64,000 bases of DNA from Eledone cirrhosa (GCA_964016885.1 OZ024740.1:297290001-297354000); one strand, 5' to 3'. Counted from the first letter of the stretch, positions 15,900-29,529 are shown. Numbers and translations: made by a program. The notes: generated by a model from the letters alone, not told the origin.

Positions 15900-18620
15900 C
15901 TCTCCGAGTTGTTTGGTAACAGTAGAACCAGAACTCTTCAATATAAGCTGATTACCATCAAACAAGAATTGAGAGCTGTCAGCGAAAAACGCCGATACCC
16001 GAAGAAGGTAGATGAAAGAAAAGTGCTTAATAAAAGATTCAGACGAAACCAAACATCAGTCTGTAGAGATATGAAAGGCAAAATAATAAGTGTCACTGAG
16101 GCCCCATCCCAGAAAGATAGATTCCTTTTGGAGAAAAATATAGGGCGAAAAGAAGAATTTCAACCAAGATGCAGTGTGGCTAAAAGAAATCCAAAAGAAC
16201 TATTGCTCCTACACTGCAACAAAAACATAGGAAATAAGTGCGGGTACCCTTGAGACTGTGATAGGAAAACTCCAAGATAAGAAAACACCAGGAAGAGACA
16301 TGATTGTCGGCTACTGGTACAACAAACTGATATTCTATCGGAGGTATCTTATTGACCTCTACCAACAAGTTCTTAAGGGAGATACACTTATACCAGAATG
16401 GTTGACATTAGCCCAAACATTACTGGTCCCCAAGAACAAAGACAGCCACTTGGCAAAAATTACCGACCCATTGCATGCCAGAACCTGATGTATAAGATGT
16501 ATACAGCCTGCCTGAATCTATTCCCCCAAGATCACTGTGAAATTAATTGTTTCTACTTTTGGCACAAGGCCAGCAATTATACCAGTGTATTACTGGTACT
16601 TTATTTTATCGACCCCGTAAGGATGAAAGGCAAAGTCAACCTCGGCGGGATTTGAACTCAGATCATAAAGGAACGTAACTCTATGCTGCCAAGCATGGCG
16701 TCCGAGAAAATTATAACATCATCACAGATTAACAAGCAGCTGGAAAGAAAGGGGTTTGGGGATGTGCTGAACAACTCCTAATCAACAAAACTGCGATGTC
16801 GGAGGTGCGACAACTTAGGCTACAGTCTGGCTGGACTACAGGAAAGCTTTCGATTTTGTTCCCCACTCTTGGATGATAGAGGCCCTCCTTGCTAAAGTCC
16901 CAGACATTATTGTCAGAGCCATAGAGAAGCTGTCTTCTTGTTGGGCTACTATCCTAAAGTTAAAGACAGAGAAGGAGGACTCTATTTTCACTGATAAAAT
17001 AGAATATCACAGGGGTATTTTTCAATGAGTCAGTCTCTCTGTGATATTATTTATCCTGTCATTAAACCCCTTGTCCTCTCTGCTCTAGAAATGTGAAGGA
17101 TTCATCATTGGCTCACAGGAGGACAGAAATAGGAACCTAACCCATAATTTATTTGTGGATGATCTGAAACTCTATGCCAAGAACATAGATGGGATGAAGA
17201 AAAGTCTTGACCTGGTTACAACATTCTCAAAGGATATAGGAATGGAGTTTGGCCAAGATAAATGCTCATATATGATTGTAAAGCGGGGAAAAACAACAAC
17301 CCAATCTAGCAACATTGCCATCAATGGTCGATATCTGATGAGAACTGCTACAGATACCTGGAGATAGATAAGAACATATCCTATAATGTTATATATAATA
17401 AGGAACGCGTAACCAGGGAATACTACACCCGATTAAGAAAAATATGGTCATCGGAACTCTCTGCGCACAACAAAACAGTGGCTCACAATGTGTTTGCTGT
17501 GCCTGTCCTAACACCAACGTTTGGAATACTCAATTGGACGATAGACGAAATCCGAACAATTGATGTTAAAACTCGAAAAATACTAAACAACACCAGAAAC
17601 TTCCACATCAACAGTGACATAGACCGCCTTTACTTGAAACGTTAGCAGGGAGGCAGAGGCCTAACATCAGTCCAGACAGCATTTGAATGTCGCATCATAT
17701 CCCTCCGACAACATCTACGAACCTCGAAGCGTAGGAGCCCGTCTCATGAGCATGTCTATCTGCATGATTCACAAAAGAGATAGGGATGCAGGCAAAACAC
17801 CTAGATGTGATAACAAGTGCAGACTCTGCAGAATTAACATCGAAGATGTCACCCATATCATAAGCAGCTGTCTAAAGATGTCATAGCGGTACTATCTACC
17901 TATGAGGCATGATGTAGTGGCCAAAACACTGTATAATGCAATCAGTAGAAAAGATAGCCCCGATAATAAACACATTAAAAGCTACAGCAATGTGGAAGAC
18001 ATACTTATACATAATATGAAAGAGTACTGGTGGAATGTTCCAGTAAAAACCCCAATAAAATGATGCAGGCATAACAGAGCAGATATAGTGATATGGGACA
18101 GGGAAAAGAAGGCATGCACAGTAGTGGAAGTTAGCTGCCCAGCAGATGCCAATATAATATAAAAGATTAGCGAAGAGGAGAATATTTATGCAGAACTAAT
18201 GAGAAATCTGCAGATACTCCATCCTGATTATACCTTCAGATTTATACCTGTGATTATTGGGGCAGTGGGATATGTTAGTAACTGCCTCAATACAAATCTT
18301 GAGAAGCTGGGCTTCACAGGAACAGAAAGAACACAACTAGTTAGGAAATTACAAGTACAATCCATAATAGAACAGTAAAAATATGTAAACTTTCCAAAAA
18401 TGTTGCATCTAATAACTGCATATACACACGTACAGATACAAAGCGTATACACATGCACACATACAACTCAAAACTTTCACATCCACACATACAATAACAT
18501 CCATACCTACAGATGCATACATACATATCTACCTAGTTGATGTTGTGTAAATTCCAATGAGAGAGTTTTGTGTCTATGTTAGAAACCGACTCTCTCTCTA
18601 TTGGCAACAATTTGTGAAAT
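15900..18620 (+). mobile_element. R4-clade non-LTR retrotransposon (RT, CCHC finger, restriction-like endonuclease), decayed and 5'-truncated
   Basis: NYRPIAC, WLDYRKAFDFVPHSW, FVDDLKLYAK, CRLC...VTHIISSC, RHDVVAK, NRADIVIWD...VVEVSCP. Many stops and frameshifts. Confidence 0.85.
16544..16705 (-). mobile_element. SINE family A inserted into the R4-clade element
   Basis: Family core interrupts the RT reading frame. Confidence 0.85.
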
Positions 18621-19332
18621 TATACATACATACATACATACAGACAGACAGACAGACAGACAGACATAAATGCATACATATCTCATCGAGATGGTCCATG
18701 TTAGTTTCCTACCTGTTTGAATTTATCATTGTTGTGGTTATAAACTATGGCTACATACACCTGGTCGTTTTTTTTCATGGTGTCATACTCTCTTAACTTT
18801 GTGTTTACTCTGTAAGTAATCGTATTATCTTTTCGCACCATTGAATGCTTTGTGACTGCCTCAAACAATGATAGAGAACTAGGGTGTAGATTAATGGTAA
18901 ATGTACATTTTGTAGTATGTATGTCCCTGTGTTGCTAAAATCCAAAAGAACTACATCGAATGTTAGACGGTGAGTAACTTACGGCGGGATTGGGGTTGAT
19001 TTGATAAATAAATATATAATTAATGGATGGTAAATAAGTAAAAGAGGTAGTGAAATACAATTAATGAATGATAAGAATTAATACCCAGTTGAAGCTATTG
19101 GTATGGAGACCCTACTTAGACATGTGGTATTAGAAAACAGTATCACATATGAAGTATAAGATAACCTGTCATTGGAATATATAGTATAATAAAAGCTATA
19201 ATAAGATCCTGAATCCAATGCAATGAAATACAATAAAATAAAAATAGAAATGAAATCGAATGATATGTAATGTAAGGTCTGAGAAACACTAAACTATAAA
19301 GTTAAAAACTCAGTCAGTACAAGATATGGAAG

Positions 19333-19500
19333 AGCATATGTTCCACTATCGATCAGCTCGAGGCAAGACCTATTATAGATCGAACCTGACTCTGTAATTG
19401 AAAGATCATCAGATATGCTTGCTATATGAACTCGTCTCCGATCTTTCGATTACAGAGTCAGGTTCGATCCAGAATAGGTCTTGCCTCGAGCTGATCGATA
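19333..19500. repeat. Fold-back cassette containing a decayed HHR with long stem II (minus, 19333-19419)
   Basis: Arms 19347-19405 and 19440-19500. Minus strand AGCAUAU-CUGAUGA...GGAAC-AUAUGCU. A sister fragment at 19745-19790 has GAAAC-AUAU-GUA. Confidence 0.65.
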
Positions 19501-19635
19501 TATATATATATATATATATATAGTAATAATAATAAATTTGAAGAGGGCTCGATAAGGATAAATATATATCAAATATATAAGAACCGTAGAGCAAATATTT
19601 ATTAAATATTTATTAAATATTTATTAAATATTTTA

Positions 19636-19697
<62 letters not shown>

Positions 19698-20434
19698 TAT
19701 AAGGAACAAGGATTCAGTGTTGCATTATAACATATTTAATAATATATTACATATGTTTCACTATCGATCAGCTCGAGGGAAGACCTATTATATATATATA
19801 TATATATATAAGAGAGTGTTCAGCTTTGCTTGAAGCATTGTCGAATAAGAAAAATAGTCAGTTTGGAACCCTCTACAATGCAGATGGGTAAATCTTTTCG
19901 CAACGAAATCCAGTGGCAATAGGAGGAGAAGGAAAAGGAAAACAAACGTAAATAGACGTAAAAGGCATAAGGAGAAAAGCGGGAAAAGAAGAGGAAGAAT
20001 GCCAGAGTTTGAGTACCTTAAAATATTTATTAGTCCCTATATTTCGGATTCGCATCCATCAACAGGGGTGGTTTTCCGTAGGGAAAATAAAAACGGCGTT
20101 GAACGTTGCTGGATATCGTTGCCAGAAGATTTACCCATCTGACTTGTAGAGGCTCTAATGAATAAAAATTACTAGGATCATATTACATTAAGTTATTTAA
20201 TTGATTTATGAACGATTCAACCAATACAATAGGAAAATATATATCTACTGTATTGATTTTTTTAGAAGCAATTAAACGATATAAACAAATTATAACAAAA
20301 TCATTTACTAACGACATGTCTGAACAAAGGCTTGATAAAATCACCCAATGTGTTTCTTTTATATGTAAAAACAAATAAAGAATGCGTGTGTGTTACAACC
20401 AATATCAACAATTTTGAAAAATATAAACTGAAAT

Positions 20435-20800
20435 AAAAAACCTGTGTGTCAGAATCGAGAAGTGAAAAGAATTACAATTCTTATTTTAGCATAGAGTACG
20501 TACGTGTGATTGTCCGTCAGCGCGCACCGTTGCGCGTGCAACCGTATAAACACAGGCTCGGTGCATTCACCTATTTACCTCCACACAGTCTAACAAAAGA
20601 TGAGTGCGTTTTAAAAACAAATGAGGTAAAAGTGGAGTGAAAAATACCAAAAAACCTGTGTTAAAATCCAGAAGTGCAAAGGACTACAATTTTTATTTCA
20701 GCATAAAGTACATATGTGTGTATGTTTGTCAACGCACACCGTTGCAAGCACACATGCACAAACACAGGCTCAGGTGCATTCCCATATTACGCCTACACAG
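20435..20800. repeat. Diverged ~215 bp tandem duplication
   Basis: AAAAAACCTGTG...AGAAGTG...TACAATT...AGCATA.AGTAC...CACAGGCTC occurs twice. Confidence 0.7.
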
Positions 20801-21348
20801 TCACACACACACATACATGCACGCATACACTAAATTCCATATATGCCCACATGTGGATACACCCACACGGACACAGGGTCAAAGTCACCTCTGGAGGTGG
20901 GGAGAGGGGTAAGTGGTAGTAATAGGCGCGTCATATTTACTTGTGGTATTTATCCCTGACTCATGCGTGCGAAGGGCGTCAGGTTCGAGGCAGGATATAT
21001 TCCGGGTATTCGGGTCACAAGCCAGGGTTGGGCGTTGGGGCCCGCTGGTCGGAAACTTGGGGTGCCTGTTTTCACAGAGGATAGGACTCCACCGACGTAC
21101 TTCGTCTATTTATATCATCTAGTGTTAGCTAAGTTGAGTTCTGGTTAAGGAAGTGAGAGAGAGAGAGAGGATTTACCACAGCGGTGTGAGGCATGGTTTT
21201 AGCTGCAAGGTAGGTGTGTTGCTATAGCAGTTGATCAAGGCGGGAGTAGAGGTGCGGAGTGTGTAGGGGGGTGGTTTACCTTGGGCTCGGTGTGACGGGG
21301 CTGCTGTCCCTATAGCATGAGAGAAGTTCCCATCCCAATGTGTTGTTA

Positions 21349-21663
21349 TTATCCATATAGCTTGAGGAAGGTTCCGGCCCTGAGGTGTCTACATGTACCA
21401 AAGAAGTCGGTCCTGAGATTGATTAGGCTGCTCCCACCACTGAGTATCTCAAGAGTCTCGCTCAGACACAGGTTGCAGATGCCAGATCCCCCTCTATCAG
21501 GTAGCACTTTCCTGGTTTTGGACCAGGCCAGAGAGTATGGGGTCCTGTCCAGCTTGAGCTTCCAGATCAGTTCGGAAAGAGCCGTATTTTTCCTTTTGCC
21601 CCCCCCACCCCCCCTATTAAAGGAATGGCGATGGTTTGTACTTTTATATTTGACATGTTCCAC
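21349..21663 (-). pseudogene. PLE GIY-YIG endonuclease C-terminal fragment (Naiad-like, with CxxC)
   Basis: NHRHSF...TALSELIWKLK...CNLCLSETLEI...LINLRTDFFGTCRH. Confidence 0.7.
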
Positions 21664-21858
21664 TTATACAAGCTTTTCAAGCGGCTTCATGTGTTGAAAC
21701 GAAAACAAATGGTATATGACGAAACAAAGGAGATACACAAAATAACAACAAAAGAAGTCACTGGGGTAGTCATAGAATGTGTGACAAAAATGCTTTAATC
21801 ACAATCAACGAATGACTAACCATCCGGTTATTAAACTAACCAACTGGGAAATTATAAT

Positions 21859-22030
21859 AATTGTTTCTATTTTTTGGCACAAGGCCAGCAAATACCCAGT
21901 ACATTACTGGTACTTTATTTTATCGACCCCGTAAGGATGAAAGGCAAAGTTAACCTCGGCGGGATTTGAACTCAGATCATAAAGGGACATAACTCTATGC
22001 TTCAAAGCATGGTGTCCGACTCTCTACCGA
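21859..22030 (-). mobile_element. SINE family A
   Basis: Family core plus B box. Confidence 0.8.
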
Positions 22031-22307
22031 TACTGATAATAATAAATTGAAGTTAGAATCAACTGATGTATGTGTTTTGTATTAGCAGCATGGAACTCCC
22101 AATGTATAACAATATATATATATATATATATGTAAATTCGAAATGCCTCGACGATTGTCCCCCTTGCTTTTGCTGGATACCACCAGAAGGCGTTAGTCCC
22201 GGTGTTTTGCATAGCTACAGCTTTCTAAATGTTTACCTGTAAACATACCGTATTTCTTTAGAAATTATTTTCAAGTGAACATGACCCAACGGGTCATGGG
22301 TGGTATA

Positions 22308-22365
<58 letters not shown>

Positions 22366-22736
22366 AAAGAATGTTCGTTCTACATGGCTGAATATAATAA
22401 ATGTCATCTGAGTTTTTCGAATATTAATAGTAACATTCGATTCGTTTGCAATTATGCAAACAAGCCTCATTTTTAAAGCCATGTCAGTAGAATGAACACT
22501 TCATTATTGCTCTTTTTTTATTTGAATGTGGCAAAGCTGGCCATTTATCGCTCGTATACAGGAAACTGACTGGCCAGTCTTCTGATATGTAAATCTGGCT
22601 GATCAGTGGATCTGCTAATATGCAGATCTGACTGATCGGCCAGTCTGCTAATATGCAAATCAGGCCGATCAGTCACTGTATATTTTAGAAAATAGTATAT
22701 ATTTTCACTAGCTCTGACAGTTGGTAGGTAAACGGT

Positions 22737-22786
22737 GAGCTGTACTGATGAAGGGTGATACCCAGAAACATTAGTGTCTGCAGTTC
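22737..22786 (+). ncRNA. Type-I hammerhead ribozyme
   Basis: GAGCUGUA-CUGAUGA-A GGGU gau ACCC A-GAAAC-A uuag U-GUC-UGCAGUUC. Confidence 0.8.
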
Positions 22787-23176
22787 TGTTTACATGCCAA
22801 CTCAAGAGCAAGAATGAAGTGTTCATTCTACTGACATGGCTATAAAATTGAGGCTTGTTTGCATAATTGCAAACGAATCGAATGTTATTATTAATATTCG
22901 AAAAACTCAGATTACATTTATTATATATATATATACACACATGTATGTGTATATATATATACATGTATGTGTGTATATATATATATATGTATGTGTGTGT
23001 ATATATATATATATATATAACGAAGGAGGTGTGGTAAGGAACCAGATGGATCATAACGCACCAGAATATTCAATAATTTGGGTAGTAGAGTGGGTAATAG
23101 GAAAATGTTCAAGACCCCGACGGCAGAGCTCAAGCCGTTTCGACGGCAATTTCTGGATGAATTATTTTTATGTGAA

Positions 23177-23204
23177 CGTGACCCGACGGGTCACGGGTGG
23201 TCTA

Positions 23205-23205
<1 letters not shown>
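23177..23205 (+). mobile_element. Helitron-like 3' terminus
   Basis: CGTGACCCGACGGGTCACG hairpin followed by GGTGGTCTAG-T. Homologues at ~22280-22308 (+) and 29578-29606 (-). Confidence 0.65.
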
Positions 23206-23240
<35 letters not shown>

Positions 23241-24432
23241 AAAACGGAAAAGAAAATGCTGACAAATTTTTGCCAGTGAAAAATAGTTTAATTAGGAATA
23301 AGTATAAATTAGTAATAAGTATTAGTTAGTATTCAGTTTTAGTTTTAAAATTATACCGGTTGCGCATTTCTTATGCTTTTCAAAAATAATTTTGAGATAG
23401 AGTGCCCGTGATTTTCGCTCTAATCTGATCAGTTTTGGAAATTCTTCCTGTTTTATGTGAAAAAAGTGGCTTGAAAGGTATTAAAATTTGGTTGGTTGTT
23501 GAATGTCACGTGAATAAGCACTATAAATTTCGCGCCAATTCGTGTTGCAAAAATCTTGTAGTCAAAACAAATTTGATTGGTCGGTAGAAGTCACGTGAAT
23601 GTTTAAATTGATTTTAGCGCGAACTGGTTTTGCGCCAAATGTAGGTTTTTCGAAGAGTGTCCTTTTCCGCTTGATTGAGTTGCAGTCATGTTGAGAGGTC
23701 AAAAGTTCAGGTGTCTATTAAGACAAATATATGTGTGTGCGTGTGTAGCAAAGTGGTTCATTGTTGTGATAATGGAAATGAATCGGTCAGTAGGAATGTG
23801 TGTGTACGTATGAGTGTGTGTGTGTGTGGGGGGGGGGGGGGTATTTTAACATGTTGAAGCATATTTTTCAGCTCTTGTCTTATACGGAGAAGTCTGTGTG
23901 TGTGTATGTCTGTCTGTATGTCTGTCTGTATGTCTGTCTGTATGTTAGTGTGCGTGTGTGCATGCGTGTGTGTGTGTGTATGTGTGTGTGTGTCTGTGTG
24001 TGTGGATGGACCAGTATTTTTGTGGTACTGGTAAAAATGGCGTACATTATTCCATATTTTCAGTCATTTTCAAAAACGATTCTCTCAAAAGAACATCAAT
24101 AACACCAATAACAAAAGAGGTGAAATGATGTATAGTATTGTCATAACAACAAGGCGTGTGTGAGTCCAGATTGTACGTACTGCAAGAGGAATACATTGGG
24201 CCCTGCCGTATGGGATATTTGTGTACAAATATGTATGCACACATCAATGTGCAATACATGTGTGCGTATGTGTATGTGTGTGTGTCGGCACGTGTATATC
24301 TATAAAGGTCAAAAGGTATGCAAATTTGTGTATATTTGTGTTGCACCATAGAACATGTGTGTTTACGTATGTCATTGTGTTTATATGTGGGTATAAATGT
24401 ATGTAGTATGTATGCTGATGTAGGTATGTATG

Positions 24433-24894
24433 TCAACGTGTGTATGTTGTGGGTTCGTCTTTGGAAGAAGTGTTTAGACGGGGTCCGTATTTGTTAATAA
24501 AGTGAGATTCCTTGCTGATGCGCTGGGTGTGGGTGGCATTATCTTTAAATTTGTAGAGGGGAAAAATTCTAAAGTTGGGATGATTTCGGGCGGCACAGGT
24601 ATCAATGTGTTCACTCAGTGCTATTTTTCTGTATTTCCGTATTTTGATTTTGGATCTATGGACAGTCATGCATTGGCGGAGGCTGTTTTTAGTCTGGCCT
24701 ATGTATTGTTCTCGACAACCTGAGCAAGTTAATACATATATTAGGTTTTCTGATGCGCATGTGAAATTGTGTTTTACTATAAAACGTTGTCTTTGTTTGA
24801 AATAGAATTCCGAACCTTCTGTTAGGTTGATGTATATACCACAGTTGGGTCTATCACACTTTTTTACTGTGGGTTTCGTTGTTGTGGTTGGCAT
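24433..24894 (-). pseudogene. PLE GIY-YIG endonuclease with Cys-rich linker
   Basis: KCDRPNCG..FTCASENLIYVLTCSGCREQYIGQT...LSEH...ESHFINKY.PRLN. Frameshifted relative to the RT. Confidence 0.9.
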
Positions 24895-26430
24895 GTGTTA
24901 GGATGTGTTTCATTGACTTAGATTGTCTTTTGCTCTTTATGATATCGTGTGTTCGAAGGATTTGGTTCATTCTATGGTCCTTTTCTAATACAGGGATGTT
25001 CTGGAGGATGGTGTCAAAGGCCTCATTGTTGAGAGGGTTCTGTGTGGAGATGCATGGAAGAGCTTTTAGTTTCGGTCGATTAACTTTAGGGTATCTAAGG
25101 TCCTGGGTACTGAGTTTTATGGCACGTTGGATTCCATTGTCAATTAGTGATGCAGGGAAGTCCCTGCTTATGAGTGTGTCCTTTAGTTCTTGTAGACGTA
25201 AGTAACAGGTGTTTTTATTGGAAACTATAGTACAGATTCTCTTGGCTAAGTTGTAAGGAATATTAATTTTAACGTGTCTAGGGTCGCATGAATTGAAAGA
25301 AAGATATTGCTTGGAGTCTGTGGGCTTGTAGTATATGTCTGTTTCTATTTTTTTGTTATGAATCTTAATGAGGATGTCGAGGACGGGGAGTTGTTGATGG
25401 CTTTGTTCCATTGTAAAATTAATATTCGTGTTGAGCCCATTTATAAGGGTGTGAAATTCTTTAAGTTTCTCGATGTTTTCGTGCCAAAGGATGAAGCAGT
25501 CATCTAGATATCTCTTCCAGTTCTTTTCTAGGTGTAAGTGGAGAGTGTTTCCAAATTTGTTTAGTACTTTAGTGTAGAGGGTGATTTCCAGGTATCCCAT
25601 GACTAGGTTGGCATAAGTGGGGGCCGTTTTCGTTCCCATAACGGTTCCAGATTTCTGCCTGTAGAATTTGTTATTGAAAACGAAGTAATTATTCTCCAAG
25701 ATAAATTTGAGTCCTTCTATCACGAATTCTTTTTTGATGCGTTGTGGAAGTTCATTGGGGTAATTATCCAGCCAGAATTGGATAGCTTCTATTCCTAGGT
25801 TGTGGGGGATGTTGGAGTATAGGTTGACTACATTGAACGTCACTAGCAGGGTTTGTTCAGTAAGGGGTATATTAGGGAGGTGGTTGAACATATCTAGGTC
25901 GTCCCTTATGTAGCTTTTAATGTGTTTGAGAAAAGGCTTGAGAAGGGTATCAATGAAGTTTCTAAGGCGGTGGGTTTCGCAAGCGGGGCCTGCTATTATA
26001 GGTCTAAATTTGAGATCATTAGGTGAGGGGACATTTATGACTAAGTCAGTGGCTTCCTTGCATGCCTTACTTATTAATTCGCTTTTATGCTTTTATGTAC
26101 TTTAGGGATACCGTAAAAAAGGCTGGATTTACTTGTGAAGTCTGTGATGAAGCTGAATTTCTTGTTAGTGAGTCCTTCTTTGTATGGGTTGATCAGAGTT
26201 TTTAGGTTTGCCATAATTTTCTGTTGATTTTAGTGTTCAGCCTTTTCGTAGTATATTTCGTTTTCCAAAGTGGAGAGCGCTAAGTTGATATAGAATTCTG
26301 TCTCCATTAGGACTACTGCACTCCCTTTATTAGCCTCTTTAATTGTAATAGTTCTGTCGGTTTTTAATCTATTTAATTCTTCCCATTCTTTCTTGTTGAG
26401 GTTTGGCTTGTGTTTTTGTCTGTGCAAATG
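24854..26430 (-). pseudogene. PLE reverse transcriptase
   Basis: ITIKEANKGSAVVLM, RPIIAGP, LVTFNVVNLYSNIP, QKSGTVMGTKTAPTYANL, WKRYLDDCF, LPVLDI, IYYKPTDS. Confidence 0.92.
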
Positions 26431-27160
26431 TTGGTAAGGGAAGTTTGTGATGTGTTCACAGAATTCGCCTCATTGTACTGGTCGAGTAGTTCTTCACTGA
26501 GTCGTAACTTTCTACAGGATTCTGTGATGTCTTCCTTCATTTCATAGTAATTTGGACGTAGGGGGGTCGGTGTGAATTTAAGACTTTGGAGAGTAAGTTG
26601 ATAAGGTTGGGAGTTGGTTCTGCACTAGTTAAATTGATAATTTTTATTACTCTCGGTTTCTCTTCCCTGTCTTGTGTTATTTAGTTTGCCTGTATCTGTG
26701 TACTGTGTCTAAAAATGGTTGGGGTAGAGGGGTTGTCTGCTGATGTTAAGTGGTCTCCTGTGTTTGTTATATTCCTGGTTGTTGTAAAATGTGGTTCGGG
26801 TTCGTTGTTGTGGATTGAATGGGGTGTTCCTGCATTGCGAGTATGGATGTGTGTTTCTATGTGCCATGTTGGATTGTGGTGTTATAGGTGGCCTACACTG
26901 TGGGTTGTATCGTGTGGTGTGGGTTTGTTGCGTATTGTGGAAGCGTGAGTTGAGAAAATGGAAATTACCTTGCTGTCCCCCTGTGGCGCGGAAGTTGTTA
27001 CATCTATCATGGTAGTGGTATGTTTTCCCTATGTTTATCGATGAGGCATCCGCGTAGTAGTTGAGTGATTTGGTATGGTATCTCCTTGAAGGGGGAAAGT
27101 TGTAAATGTCATTCTGGGGGTGATGATTTCTAGGGTTATATATTTACATATACATATATA

Positions 27161-28055
27161 CGAGGTGTGTCAGAAAAGTTCCAGCACTCATGTCACAAAA
27201 GATTTATTTTAAACCCAAACTTCACACTAGGAGTTTTCTCCTTCAAAGTAATCCCCCTGGAGTCTAATGCACTTTTCCATTCTTTTCTGCCACTCTTGCA
27301 TGCACTCCTGGAAGGATTCTTCTGGGATCCTCCGCAGTTCCGTCGTCACGACCTTTTAGATGTCGTCCACGCCTTCAAAACGGGTCCCCTGCGGGTCGTA
27401 CTTTAAGATCTATGACTCATCACCGGTGATGACTCTCCCTAGCCTGGTTCGGTTTCAAGACGCTCGAGAATGTCCTGGCACACTTGCATGCGTCGACCCT
27501 TCTGGTCATCGTTCAGCAGTTTTGGCACCATCTTCGCGCAGACTTTCCGCATGTCCAAATCTTCCGTGAGAATCTTCCAGACGCTGTCCCGATTCATGCC
27601 CAGCTCATTTGCCATCAGTCGAACAGTCAGCGGACGATCGCTACGCACCATCTGCCTGACGCGCTCAACGTTGACCTCGGTCCTGGTTATTGAGGTCCTT
27701 CCGCTCCTGGGGTTATCTTCCACATCCTCGCGTCCTTCTTTAAACCTCTTGCACAACTCAAAAACACGTGAGCGTGACATCGTCTCATCTCCATACACTT
27801 GTGCAGCGGAGTTTTCCCCAACCGAACCTGAAACTTCAAGTTTGTTCGTTGCTCTCTGCCCATTGCTTGACGACCTGAAACAGAGGACATGTATATAAAA
27901 TTATGAAGAAAAAAGTTTGATCGTTGCAGAGAGCTAAGATTACAGTTACATACTCCAGGGGGATTACTTTGAACGAGAAAAACTCTTAGTGTGAAGTTTG
28001 GGTTTGAAATAAATCTTTTGTGACATCAGTCCTAGAAATTTAGTGACACACCCCG
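27161..28055 (-). mobile_element. Mariner (Tc1/mariner) element with internal deletion
   Basis: Imperfect ~70 bp TIRs (CGAGGTGTGTCA.../...TGACACACCCCG) flanked by TA. ORF contains YGDETMSRSRVF, PRSGR, RKVCAKMVPKLL. Confidence 0.9.
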
Positions 28056-28110
28056 TATATATATAAATATATATATATATACATGTATATATATATTATA
28101 AATATATACA

Positions 28111-28271
<161 letters not shown>

Positions 28272-28283
28272 TATACACATATA

Positions 28284-28367
<84 letters not shown>

Positions 28368-28406
28368 TACACATATATACACATCTATATATATATATAT
28401 ATATAT

Positions 28407-28607
28407 AGGAACGAGTAGGACCCCGACGGCTGAGCTCAAGCCGTTTCGACGGCTAATTCTGGACTTTTAGTCCAGAATTAGCCGTGGAAACGGCTTGTGC
28501 TCAGCCGTCGGGGTCTTACTCGTTCCTATTACCCACTCTACTACCCTAAGTATTGAGTACTTTGGTGCGTTATGGTCCATCTGGTTCCTTTCCACATTTC
28601 CTTCGTT
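28407..28607. repeat. Fold-back cassette with HHR 3' halves (family also at 23021-23158, 58680-58850, 60584-60665)
   Basis: Arms 28407-28464 and 28470-28528. GAAAC-GGCU..AGCC-GUC stem III. Confidence 0.8.
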
Positions 28608-29014
28608 ATATATATATATATATATACTTAGGGTAAATATTGATGCAATTCAATTAAAGCACTCAACGTACTTTTTCCACATAGGAGTGACGGAGTAAAT
28701 ATCGAATAAGGAAAAGCGAAGCAGTTTCAGATGTTCAAGTATTTTAATAATAATAATAATAATAATATTATAAGTATGTATACGTACATACATATATGTA
28801 TACAGACGTACAGTAGTATGTATATATATATATACATACATGCACACATATATATAGGTATTCACCGAACATTTATTATAATGCTCGGTGTGTTTGTTAA
28901 TAAACATCCCGAATTAAGCCTCACTAAGGGTGAGAAATGAAATTTCGTTTCATTTTTTCCGTTTAATTATATTATTAAAAGACTTGAAAATCTGAAACTA
29001 CTTCGCTTCTACTT

Positions 29015-29062
<48 letters not shown>

Positions 29063-29082
29063 TATATATATATATAATCATA

Positions 29083-29158
<76 letters not shown>

Positions 29159-29159
29159 A

Positions 29160-29190
<31 letters not shown>

Positions 29191-29218
29191 CACACACACA
29201 TATATATATATATATGTA

Positions 29219-29264
<46 letters not shown>

Positions 29265-29335
29265 CAACATGACCTTCCCAAAGTATAACAATATATATAT
29301 ATATAAGTGGTTACAGCTGTTCCGTATAACGATGC

Positions 29336-29384
29336 CCATTACGAGCTGAGGATCCGTAAGGTGAAACAATTGTTCTCGGTATGG
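29336..29384 (+). ncRNA. Minimal type-I hammerhead ribozyme
   Basis: CGAG-CUGAGGA-U CC guaa GG U-GAAAC aauu GUU-CUCG. Palindromic stem III ACAAUUGU. Confidence 0.78.
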
Positions 29385-29473
29385 TGAACTAACTGTTGTG
29401 TAACCACTTCTACCTAACTCGTCCCATGGACTGAGTGCTCTACCACTACGGATATTACCCTTCACTGTTCTAC

Positions 29474-29529
<56 letters not shown>

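Larger units (their letters stand above)
23238..27140 (-). mobile_element. Penelope-like retroelement (Neptune-like), near full length and decayed
   Basis: RT and GIY-YIG ORF pieces at 24433-26640. The long 3' UTR ends in (TA)n and carries a decayed HHR at 23347-23393. Confidence 0.85.

Noticed and set aside
20035-20068. Minus-strand CCC-CUGUUGA-U-GGAU gcga AUCC-GAAA-UA-UA-GGG
   Set aside because: A6 is mutated and there is an extra nucleotide. Counted only as a decayed HHR, not called as a feature.
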